A stretch of DNA of 64,000 nucleotides from Rhodosorus marinus CCMP1338 (Eukaryota; Plantae; Rhodophyta): contig JAMWBK010000001.1 in assembly GCA_029953675.1 (NCBI GenBank), forward strand, positions 496,001 through 560,000, written 5' to 3'. Numbering within the stretch: the first letter of the stretch is position 1; every line of letters starts with the position of its first letter. The notes beneath the pieces were generated by a model. That model was not told the DNA's origin. It saw only the letters and a list, made by a program, of their open reading frames with translations, and searched no databases. A program made the translations under genes and the position numbers. Of the stretch, positions 1 through 9,847 are shown one piece after another.

Positions 1-102
1 ATACAGAACAACCACCTTATCATAAAGAACCTCCTCAGCCTTCACATAGCTCCCATCCGAAGCCTCCAACTCGTTCCCAACAACATCCTCCCACCACTTC
101 AT
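1..102 (-). CDS. Nucleoredoxin/tryparedoxin-like thioredoxin-fold protein, 5' part (runs off the window start)
   Basis: Minus strand from ATG at 102 reads MKWWEDVVGNELEASDGSYVKAEEVLYDKVVVLY, matching the nucleoredoxin N-terminal pattern (V.AEE.L..KVV.LYFSA.WC). The active-site motif would lie just outside the window. Confidence 0.55.
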   Translation of the reverse strand, partial: MKWWEDVVGNELEASDGSYVKAEEVLYDKVVVLY

Positions 103-371
103 CCTTTCCCAATCATTGAAGACTTCCACCAAAACACACGTCACAAACAAAACTCAGCCAGCCACCCGCACCAGTCACAGGTGACCTACCACGAGATACC
201 TGCAAAAAACTCAAGCTCGTCTTGTCCGAGCAAGTCCAGTATATCTTGACATCTACTGGCAAGCTCCAACCCCTTAACCCCTATTGCTGTCCCAAAAAGC
301 CGTCCTTAAAACGCAGATCGTTTAGTGAAAGGAAAACTTTGCAGAGAGCGACGCAGTTGAATCGTATCTAG

Positions 372-711
372 ATATTCTCTGGTCACCCGACCCGTTGTGA
401 AATCCGCCCGAATCCTGGCTCCGAAGAGGATTAGGTTGATGCCGTCAAACCCCCATTGAGAGCTTTCTCTGTTCAGTCCCGGCGCAGTTGGGATCTTGCC
501 GGAATCAGCTGAACGAGATTAGTTGATGTCAGATGAATCATCTAAAGAGCTTTCTCTGTTCAGTCCCGTAGCCGTGGGGATCTTGCTGAAGTCCGTTCGA
601 GCAAAGCTAGTCGATGTAGGCAGGTCTTATTAAGATATTCTCACGTATAGTCACCGGGGGAATTTTCACCCGAATCAGCTTCGAACAAGAGCTTAAGGTT
701 ACAGCTTTGTC
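372..711. repeat. Nested degenerate direct repeats
   Basis: gagctttctctgttcagtccc...ggatcttgc occurs at ~458-507 and ~546-593. gatattctc...gtcacc...cccgaatc occurs at ~372-446 and ~634-711. Confidence 0.7.
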
Positions 712-2665
712 CTGGATGTGGTCAAGATTCGGGTAGGCTGATGTTAAGCGGATGCTCCTTGGACACACAGAGACACAGAGCTGAGGCTTCATTGGGTGGG
801 TTCCCAGTAACTCTTTTTCTTCGGCACACATCAGCTGCCGAAATCAAACTTATTTGCTTGCCTCTCCTACTTTTCGCTTCTTTTCGGCGTGGGCCTGGGC
901 TAATGCCAAAGATGTAGACGACAGGCTTCTTCGCTGATTGTTTTCGCTTGTGAACGACCTTCCAAATACTTTTTTGTATACTCGTCGTACGGCTTCGAAT
1001 CTAAGCGAGATAGTTTGGGTTCAACTGGTCGTATCTAAGAGTTGAGAGGCACTACCTCCAGAAAGTACTCATGGAAACGTCTACCCTACGTAGTCTTCAT
1101 CGCAGCAGCTGTTGCTTCGCAGAAGAACAGCAGGTCCTTATGAAGAGATAAAAAAATCTTCGGAAGCCGATACCTATCATACGATCTCAGAAGACAACAA
1201 ATATTAATGCCACAGCCTTGTATCCATATATATATATAATCAGACCAGATGCAGCTTCATCAGAGCTTCTCCTTCTAGTCCGCTGGATGTGCAGTGCACC
1301 ACGGCGCGAAGTCCTCGAAGAAACTGTCCATACTCGGTCTTCTCCACCATTCAGGAGGAACGGATCGAGCGGGTGTTAATGATTACTACTAATGGAAAGA
1401 GCAACTTGAATGAGCGCTTATAGGTTTGCCAATTGCCATCTAGCCGTGTAGGTTTGACACCAGGCCCGATCACATTGAAGGCTGCTCATCACGAAAGTGA
1501 TCTATACAGTCCGTGGAAGAGGTTGGAGGATCGATCCCTAGTCGACCGCTCCAGGTGAGATTTGACGTACACTGGTTGGCTCCAAATGGGATCAAGAAGG
1601 CGCTTAGTGTTCGCTTAAATCGAGCCTTTGCGGCTCCTTGGGGTGAGGGCACTCTAATCGAAGATCAGAGCTTCTCGGTTTCATCCATCTACCAAGAAAT
1701 CTGGCTTTCGGCTTTTCCAAGGACGGCGAATAAGGCTTAGCAATCGAAAACCGGCGCAAACTACAATTCTGTGATCACCGACTGGAGGAGCTTTATCTAG
1801 CCACAGAGCCAGCTACGATGGAAAGCCTATCCAGAACAAGACTCACCATAGAGGATTGCCACCTGATCTTGTAACCAATCACGATGAAGACAACGGTTAA
1901 AGCTGTATCTGTCGACCTCAAAAACAGCCCAGCAGCTTGGAATATCACAGCTTAGAGTATTTTTACGCCACAGAGTACTCTACTTCGCAAAGAAGAATAC
2001 GCGGTTACAAATCAGCAATGATAAACAACAAAAACACCCTAGCCCTTCCATTCCCTCCACTTCATCGCTCGTATCAACTGACTTCGAGAAAAGCTCGTCA
2101 TCCCCTCCCCTCCCAAATCCTCCAAAATCCTTCAAAACCCTAGAAAACCAATCGATCCAGAAAAATTTCCTAATTAATACAATATTTTAAGAAAAAAAGC
2201 GAGTCACCAATCCCAGCACTGAGCTGGATTCTATCTCTTATACTATTGGTTAATTTATTAACGGATTTTTTGCTTTTTGATTGGAAACGAATCTTCAACT
2301 ATAAAATAAACGAAATTCGTGATCTTGCAAAGCGGATTGCGGGCTTAGGTTGGGTTTTGTTTTTCTTTACATTTTACAATGGTAGCATTTTTAGTGTTTT
2401 TTTTGAAACGGTGAGAGGTTGCGATGTCTCCAAAAGAATGAAGGGGTTTTGCACTGAGGAAGAGGGTGTATCTTGCTGGTTAGTTTCTTTTGGTGAATCG
2501 ATTTCTAGACGTCTACACTGAGAAACAAGTCTATAAGGACTAAAGCATTAGATAATTATACCTGGCTTTTAAGCATTAGATCATTCCGTCTGGTTTTTTG
2601 GGGGGGTATTTTCTTGCGTTGTTTCTAGTGTACTTGTTTCTTGTTGGGGTGGGGGGAGAGTTGAG

Positions 2666-4332
2666 ATGGACTCGATGTACTCGGCTCACCGGGTGAACTA
2701 CCAGCTTCGCGCGCACAGGCGGGACAGCTTGATAGAGTTTATTAAGACCTTGTTGCTGCCTACGATGGTGATGTACGCTAAAGGTGAGAGGAAGATACGG
2801 TTTGAACAGTATCTTGGGGTTTTTAGGAGTCTCGAGCAACTGGTGGATGAGCATCGAGAGCGGTACGAGCTGTTTATTGGGAAGGCCCAACAAGGAGTCT
2901 TCAGTTCAAAGTTACGGGATCTGGTCCCTGAGGTGTGTTCGTGTTAATATTGCATGTTAACATCAAAGGCGTTTGTTTAAGAAGAGGTGCAATCGAGGCG
3001 GAACGTTGTCCTGGACTTACCGAGGAATCCCTTTGTTCTGCGGAAACTTCATTTACAGGTTGGTATTTTCTTTACGCCCTTGCCTTTGACCATAGCGTTC
3101 TCAATATACGACGAGCAAGAAGCTATAACTGCGAGAAATTTCATTCCACCGAGCTTCAATGATATTCGTCACGTGCTTAACATTGCACAACTTTACGCGC
3201 TGAGGAAAACTGTGAAGCTCATAACTTTCGACGGTGCGAGCTATCAGAAGCTGCTGCTAGTCTCAAATCAACCTTGCTCTGAGATTGTCTATGGGCCATC
3301 GCGCAGGTGACCAAACGTTGTATCAAGACGGAGGAGATTTCCTTCCGGACAGCGCCCTGGTAGTGCACTTAATCAGCCTCCTCGAGAAGGGGGTGTTTGT
3401 TGCATTGGTTACAGCTGCGGGCTATGAGAACAACCCCAGAAAGTATGAGTCCAGGCTTTCTGGACTTTTAGCAGGCTTCAAGGCCCACAATCTGTCGGAA
3501 GTCGCAGCATCAAAGTTCTTTGTGCTGGTAAGCTGTAGAAGCACCTGCTTATGCTTTTGAGTTGATCAGCCGGCTCACGCGCGAGACCTTTCCCCTTCTA
3601 TCCCTAGGGCGGCGAATGCAACTTCCTGTACAAGTGCAAGGCGGACTACCAGCTGGAGGTTGTCAGGTTCGAGAGTTTCGCCACGGACGAGATGCTTCTG
3701 TGGGGGTCGGATCAGATAGTGAAAGTACTGGATATTGCTGAAGCGAGTTTGAGGAACGGTGTTGAAGAGATGAACCTGAGCTATCAAGTGCTTCGAAAGG
3801 CAAGAGGTGTAGGACTTGTATGCAAAGGTCGATCGGCCGGTAAGCTTCACAGAGGAAGGTTGTGTTCCCGTGCACCGGTCTAAAACGTCTAAAACGCTAA
3901 CCTTGACTTAACCTGACTCCTGGAAATAATGTGAGTGCAGACCGAGAGCAGTTGGATGAGCTAGCGCTCAGGGCCAAGCACGACGTGAACGAAGCACACC
4001 TGAATATTCGGGTATGCGCATTCAACGGGGGACAGGACGTGTGGGTTGATATTGGAGACAAACTGGTCGGTGTACAGGCACTTCAGGGCTTTCTTCAGGT
4101 AACGTAGCACAATAGACTCACTAGATTCCGTGAAGTCTCTCTCAATTGAGCCATGCATTTCAACGTCAAGTGCAAGCCAGAAGAAACCCTCCACGTTGGT
4201 GATCAGTTCCTGTCGACTGGTAACGATATCGCTACTCGACGAGCGTGCTGCACGGTTTGGGTTAGCAACCCAGAGGAGACCGACAAAGTACTGAGTCTGC
4301 TTGAGGAGCTTTCAAATCTGGAAGGAGAATGA
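2666..4332 (+). CDS. ISN1: IMP-specific 5'-nucleotidase (ISN1 family, HAD-like), multi-exon
   Basis: N-terminus MDSMYSAHRVNYQLRAHRRDSLIEFIK; spliced LVPE|VGIFFTPLPL; PPSFNDIRHVLNIAQ; HAD motif TFDG|DQTLYQDG split by an intron; DVWVDIGDKLVGV; C-terminal TLHVGDQFLSTGND..TRRACCTVWVSNPEET; stop at 4330-4332. Confidence 0.93.
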
Positions 4333-4540
4333 GATGAGTGAGATCCATCGCAATTTTTGAATCGCGATTGTTTCGAAAGCGGGATGGAGGGCGGTGTTCA
4401 TATGCTTCAAGCCGGAGTTGTTCCTGGGGACTGTTTCGGTGACTCTTCTGCCGGCTTTCCAGGTCTCCACCGGAGACAACTGATTAACGATACTTGTTTA
4501 AATGATTAAGTTAAAATTTTTACAAGAGACAAGCCAAGGT

Positions 4541-5728
4541 TTAAGGTAACCCAGCCTCAACATCAGCGGCGGTTAGTCCGTGCTGGTTTCTCATATGCCG
4601 GAAGTAGTTAGTCCTCCATACAAACTTCACTCCACACTGTTTACACTCCAAACTCTCCCGTTTCGTATGAACGTTCTTGGTATGAGCGACGAGATGTGAC
4701 CTCTGGCCAAACTTTGTCCCGCAGAGATCGCAAGCGTGTTTCTTCTCTCTGAAGTGTACCCCACTCAGATGTCGGTTCAGGTGCGACTGCGATCGGAACG
4801 CCGACCCGCAAATTTCGCAATCAAACCTCTTCTGTCGATCAACCCCAGCGCGGTTTCCCGCGTTAGCATGCCTTTGTTGTTTCAAATCTGGGCTAGACAA
4901 GACATCATTCTCTCTACTGGTAGTAGTTGTAACCGAGCTCAACGATTTATCATCCTTTTCATTGAAGAGCAGAGTCTTCCAGCTTTCAAACGTCGACATA
5001 ATATGCTGTACTCTTGGTGTCACAGCATCGGATGATGACAGCGTGTAAGCTCGTATTCTTGACTTGTCGGGGAAAATTACCCATGCGGGCCCCCGTCGGT
5101 TCTCTATCGCAGCTATCCCCGCGTGCCACGCATCCGGAAGTTCAACAGGTAAGCTCGCTTGGATAAGTCGGTCTCGTTCCTTTAACCTCGTATCGCATTC
5201 ACACGAATCCCCTCTCACAATACAGAAGGAGCAGTCTCGATCAATTATCAACCGTTGTTGGATTCTAAAAACTTTACACCCACTCCCCGCGTAGCCAACA
5301 ATAACTCCAACCCGGTTGAACGCTTCCCTTCTGAAGCTAACCGACGCCCGCAGCATCACCCCACCGTCCTCCATTTGCACCGCAATCAAACACACACTCG
5401 TCGTCCGCTCCTCGTTTATCGCAAAGATTACCCTGTCCTTCAACATTCGCGAGTCCTCAAACTTCAACATGTGCCCAAACGCTACATTTCCCTTCTGATG
5501 AGACAGTACATTCAAGCTCTTCCGGAAAAACAGCGTCTCACGAACACCAGCCTGCGGCCCCGGCTCCACCTTCATGAAATCGAAAGGAACCACATGTGAC
5601 GGCGACGGCAGCTTAAACGAGTCTTTATTATTCCCACCCAGCAGCCATTCCCCCACCGCCACATCATTGAGCATCTCCCTCATCAGCTCATAGTCCTCTC
5701 CATATTCCAGCCCCTCAATAATCATCAT
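4541..5728 (-). CDS. Intronless protein with 3 C-terminal C2H2 zinc fingers and an uncharacterised N-terminal domain (paralog 1)
   Basis: Open ORF with ATG at 5728 and three fingers: CEIC..HLSGVH, CDLC..HTKNVH, CKQC..HMRNQH. Confidence 0.9.
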   Translation of the reverse strand: MMIIEGLEYGEDYELMREMLNDVAVGEWLLGGNNKDSFKLPSPSHVVPFDFMKVEPGPQAGVRETLFFRKSLNVLSHQKGNVAFGHMLKFEDSRMLKDRVIFAINEERTTSVCLIAVQMEDGGVMLRASVSFRREAFNRVGVIVGYAGSGCKVFRIQQRLIIDRDCSFCIVRGDSCECDTRLKERDRLIQASLPVELPDAWHAGIAAIENRRGPAWVIFPDKSRIRAYTLSSSDAVTPRVQHIMSTFESWKTLLFNEKDDKSLSSVTTTTSRENDVLSSPDLKQQRHANAGNRAGVDRQKRFDCEICGSAFRSQSHLNRHLSGVHFREKKHACDLCGTKFGQRSHLVAHTKNVHTKRESLECKQCGVKFVWRTNYFRHMRNQHGLTAADVEAGLP

Positions 5729-5875
5729 GCTCAACCCCTCAACAAGTGCGCAAATTCATAGATGAAGAAAATGCCCTTTCACAACCTTCGCTCATTCATG
5801 CATATGTACACATCATCCCAGCAGCAAAAAACAAAGCCCCGTTCCCCTCCCTCCTGGGTAGTCTTCACCACTTGG

Positions 5876-7176
5876 CAACCGCAACTTTCAACTTTTCCAA
5901 GGCACGAACGCGTATACGCACATTTACGAGTCGCAATCCAGGAACGCCTCTACGGATGGCACAAGTTTTGGTTCCTTCTATGTATACAAAGCTCAAAACT
6001 TCTCACCTCAAACCACCAAAACCGGGAGAAAAACCTTCGCCCTTCCTCCAAACGCGCTCCTTCCAATACCAACTCAACTACCTCACGCCGTCAGAATGCC
6101 TCCACATAAATCAGAGCACCAACAGAACAATATCGGTTTGCTCGAATCCACTCTTTTAGGCTTCCACTAGTGTTCCTTGTAAAAGAATAAGCCAAGCGTA
6201 GCCTTGTCACCTTCCTGCCTCCCCCCCCCAAATACCGCTTCTCACCCAAATACTAACCAAACAATGAGCCAAAGAAACGATAAACGAGCAGATAGAGATT
6301 AAGCTCTCCTCTTCATGTTTCACTCACCAAATCTTAAAAGCTCTGCCCTTCCTCCTCAGTGAGCGACTAGAAGCCAAGTTTAGCCTCGTAGAAACCAGAC
6401 TAACGTTAACCCCCCTCCCTCTTCCCCCTCCCACCACTCTCACTTCCTTGTTCTCCTCCAAATACTTCCAAACAATTTGCAAAAGAAATGAGCATAAAGT
6501 AGATGGAGATTATGCTCTCCTCCTCATGTCCCAATCACAGACTCCAAAAGCTCCGCCCTTCCACTGCGGTGAGTGCTCGAATGAACGAGGCAGCTTCTTC
6601 GTACTGTTGGCGGATTTGTGGTTTTCTGGAGAAAGCTATCGAGGTTCTACGACGTTGAGAAGGAGAGGCCACGAGCGTATACACCAACCGCAAGCGAAGC
6701 GAATACTCATTGACACTTTGTGCTACCAACGAATTGCCCCTCCATAAAGGGCAGTTCACCATAGAGGCCCTCTTTCGAGGACGAACAACGGTGAGAAGGG
6801 AAAGCTACACTCGACGTAAGGAACTACCCCAAGAATCAGGGGGCTGAACTCGAAAAAGAACAGGGCCGAACTGAGAGCATATTGGAAGCGTTACCAAAGA
6901 TCAAGCTGAAACCACCGGCACTGACGTAAGCAGCGCGGTTCCATCTGTTTGAAGTATTGTTAGCATTCTTGACTGCGGGACAAAGTCGGGTTGATAGTCA
7001 ACAAAGCATTCGTCAGCTTTGGTGGGTTGAAGGGGGGGGGGGCGGAATACTGTTGAGGTTTTGTCCGCATAAAAGGAAATACAGCCTTGTGCAGCCAATG
7101 ATGCGTTTCTGAACTGCGACTCGTATATGTGCGTATACACGTGTACGCGGCTTGAAAAAGTTGAAAGTTACTGTTG
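5876..7176. repeat. ~125-bp degenerate inverted repeat pair (5876-6000 / 7051-7176) enclosing a ~125-bp direct repeat (6247-6372 / 6459-6582)
   Basis: caaccgcaactttcaacttttccaaggcacgaacgcgtatacgcacatttacgagtcgca aligns with the reverse complement of 7051-7176 (caacagtaactttcaactttttcaagccgcgtacacgtgtatacgcacatatacgagtcgca). The inner repeat is agat(a/g)gagatta.gctctcctc.tcatgt...aaaagctc.gcccttcc. Confidence 0.8.
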
Positions 7177-7760
7177 ACCACGCAGGGAATCTGAGGAAAC
7201 GCTCCACCCTCCCGCCTAGGCCTTTACTTCCATTCAGAACAGCTCGTCAACACTGCTCAATGTCAAACTTCTTATGGAAACGACAAAGGTAAAGAAAAAA
7301 AAAGCAAAAATCAAAAACTAGTTTCGGGTGTGTTCTTATTGTCTATTTTTGGTAAGCCTTCTATAAAATTAGAAAACAACATGTTAATGGTAGTGACGGG
7401 CGGTTTGGGAGTCGCACGTCTTGAAAGAGTACGCCTTTTTTTTTCTGCCTTTCTAACGTAACCCCAAAAGTAAAAGATTTTCAGAAAGGAAAGTTTTTAA
7501 TGAAAATGGGGAAATCTCGTCTGTGTGCAATAATATCAAATGGGGACTTGTTTGTTGGTATACAGACCGTTTACTTCAGCTACCGAGAGTACCTGTAGCC
7601 TTTACTGGGTAGCTGCTCGTGTAATGCAGCGCACCACGGCGCGAAGTTAAGCGATTTCCGGTTTGTCTTTCTAAAAACAACAACAAACTTGTTCTTGCTC
7701 AGGATAGTTGGACTCTGAGTAAACCAAGATTTCCTAGCAAATGCCTGCCAGCGAAGCTCT

Positions 7761-8500
7761 TCACCAAAACACTTGTTCTTCGACGAGCATCATATCAGCG
7801 CCTTCGATTATTCTTCTTAGGCTTGTTAGCCTCGGACTCATCGCTTTCTCATAAAGCGCCTGCGGGTGAAGCTTTGACCAAAACAGTTCGCCTTGGAAGC
7901 CGATGTCACTTAGGCCTAAGGCTACTTCGGTGGCAGGAAACACTCAATGCAGTGTTTCGACAGAACCTCGACAGGTATCGCGAGGATTGATGCTATCGAA
8001 ACGTTGTGGTGGTTGTGGTTGAATCGAATAAACGCAGTTGATAAATGCGCTTGTCATGCACTTGGTGAAAGGGATGACGAGGAAGCGAACGCACAAATTC
8101 AAGGAGCAGTATAAGCTCCTCGTAGGAGTCAAGCTGGGCCTTCGCTGTGGCATTTTCGTCAGCCGACACGTCATAATTCATCATGTGAGGGGCAGGTCAT
8201 GAGGAGCTAAATACATTTATGTTTAAGTAAAGTTTATTGCTGGTTTGTATTTTATTTCCAGCTGTTTTCCGAATTCGGAAAAGCTTACAATGTATGGAGG
8301 CGGAAGCTGAATTTTGATGGGTCTACGAGCAGCGAACTGCTCGCATATGTGATCCATTTGTTAACAATAACCACGCCGAATCGGCATTGTGTCTTCTCGT
8401 TACTTCCGACGGTGCAAGATGAGCGTAGGTGTGCAGTAGCCTCGGTGAAAGGACATGCAGACTGTAACAAGGCTAGGTGCAACGCCTTGTTGCGCCTCTA
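7761..8500 (-). mobile_element. Decayed hAT-family transposase (C-terminal part including dimerisation domain)
   Basis: Collinear interrupted motifs: LLQSACPFTEATAHLRSS (cf. L.PF..AT..LS), SSSLLVDPSKF (cf. A.LLDPRFK), AKAQLDSY, FR*HQSSRYLSRFCRNTALSV then frameshift FPATEVA (cf. W...YP.LS..AR..LS.PATS.A), MSPRLTSL..IIE..MML. Contains stops and frameshifts. Confidence 0.55.
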
Positions 8501-8698
8501 CCTTCCAAGATCAGGTTCTACAGGGCCTCGAGTATGACTTTGAAGTAGCCGAACCTGGCTACTGGGTCTCCAACATTCTACTGGCGATATTTTGATCACG
8601 TATCTGATCGTTTCGGGTGGCTTCTCCACCGATACGTGTGTTTAAGTTACAAAATTAGAATTAGTATTCGGGACAAAGAATCAAGACGCTTGCGCTAT

Positions 8699-9847
8699 TC
8701 ACTCAATCGGCAGATCGGTTTCTCCGTGCTGGTTTCTCATGTGCCTGAAGTAGTTGGTCCGCCACCTAAACTTGACCCCGCAGTAGTTACACGCTAATTT
8801 CTCCCGCTTCCCATGAACAATCTTGATGTGGGCGACTAGATGCGAGCGCTGACCAAACTTGGTCCGACAGAGATCGCAAACGTGCTTCTTCTCTCTGAAG
8901 TGTACCCCACTCAGATGTCGGTGAAGGTGCGCCTGCGATCGGAACGCCGACCCGCAAATTTCGCATTCAAATCTCTTTCGTTCAGTCACAACCACCTGTT
9001 TCTGATCAGGGGAGTCCGAATCAGTTCTAGGAAAGTTTTCACTACTCGTAATACTGCTTAACGTTCTGTCATCATTTTCATTGAAGAGCAGAGCCTTCCA
9101 GCTTTCAAACGTCGACATAATTTGTTGCACTCTTGGTGTCACAGCATCGGAGGATGACAGCGTGTAAGCTCGTATTCTTGACTTGTCGGGGAAAATTACC
9201 CATGCGGGCCCCCGTCGGTTCTCTATCGCAGCTATCCCCGCGTGCCACGCATCCGGAAGTTCAACAGGTAAGCTCGCTTGGATAAGTCGGTCTCGTTCCT
9301 TTAACCTCGTATCGCATTCACACGAATCCCCTCTCAAAATACAGAAGGAGCAGTCTCGATCAATTATCAACCGTTGTTGGATTCCAAAAACTTCACACCC
9401 ACTCCCCGCGTAACCAACAATAACTCCAACCCGGTTGAACGCTTCCCTTCTGAAGCTAACCGACGCCCGCAGCATCACCCCACCGTCCTCCATTTGCACC
9501 GCAATCAAACACACACTCGTCGTCCGCTCCTCGTTTATCGCAAAGATTACCCTGTCCTTCAACATTCGCGAGTCCTCAAACTTCAACATGTGCCCAAACG
9601 CTACATTTCCCTTCTGATGAGACAGTACATTCAAGCTCTTCCGGAAAAACAGCGTCTCACGAACACCAGCCTGCGGCCCCGGCTCCACCTTCATGAAATC
9701 GAAAGGAACCACATGTGACGGCGACGGCAGCTTAAACGAGTCTTTATTATTCCCACCCAGCAGCCATTCCCCCACCGCCACATCATTGAGCATCTCCCTC
9801 ATCAGCTCATAGTCCTCTCCATATTCCAGCCCCTCAATAATCATCAT
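8699..9847 (-). CDS. Intronless C2H2 zinc-finger protein with uncharacterised N-terminal domain (paralog 2)
   Basis: Open ORF. The N-terminal ~255 aa are nearly identical to paralog 1, followed by three C2H2 fingers. Confidence 0.9.
   Translation of the reverse strand: MMIIEGLEYGEDYELMREMLNDVAVGEWLLGGNNKDSFKLPSPSHVVPFDFMKVEPGPQAGVRETLFFRKSLNVLSHQKGNVAFGHMLKFEDSRMLKDRVIFAINEERTTSVCLIAVQMEDGGVMLRASVSFRREAFNRVGVIVGYAGSGCEVFGIQQRLIIDRDCSFCILRGDSCECDTRLKERDRLIQASLPVELPDAWHAGIAAIENRRGPAWVIFPDKSRIRAYTLSSSDAVTPRVQQIMSTFESWKALLFNENDDRTLSSITSSENFPRTDSDSPDQKQVVVTERKRFECEICGSAFRSQAHLHRHLSGVHFREKKHVCDLCRTKFGQRSHLVAHIKIVHGKREKLACNYCGVKFRWRTNYFRHMRNQHGETDLPIE

Noticed and set aside
1295-1312. FAPWC thioredoxin-like motif on the minus strand (also at ~7631-7647)
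   Set aside because: There is no second Cys (WCTAH / WCAAL), stops are close by and there is no thioredoxin-fold context. It is better explained as a shared DNA motif.
1515-1555. GGATCGATCCC resembling a tRNA T-loop
   Set aside because: The T-stem pairs at only 3 of 5 positions, and no acceptor, D or anticodon arms can be built.
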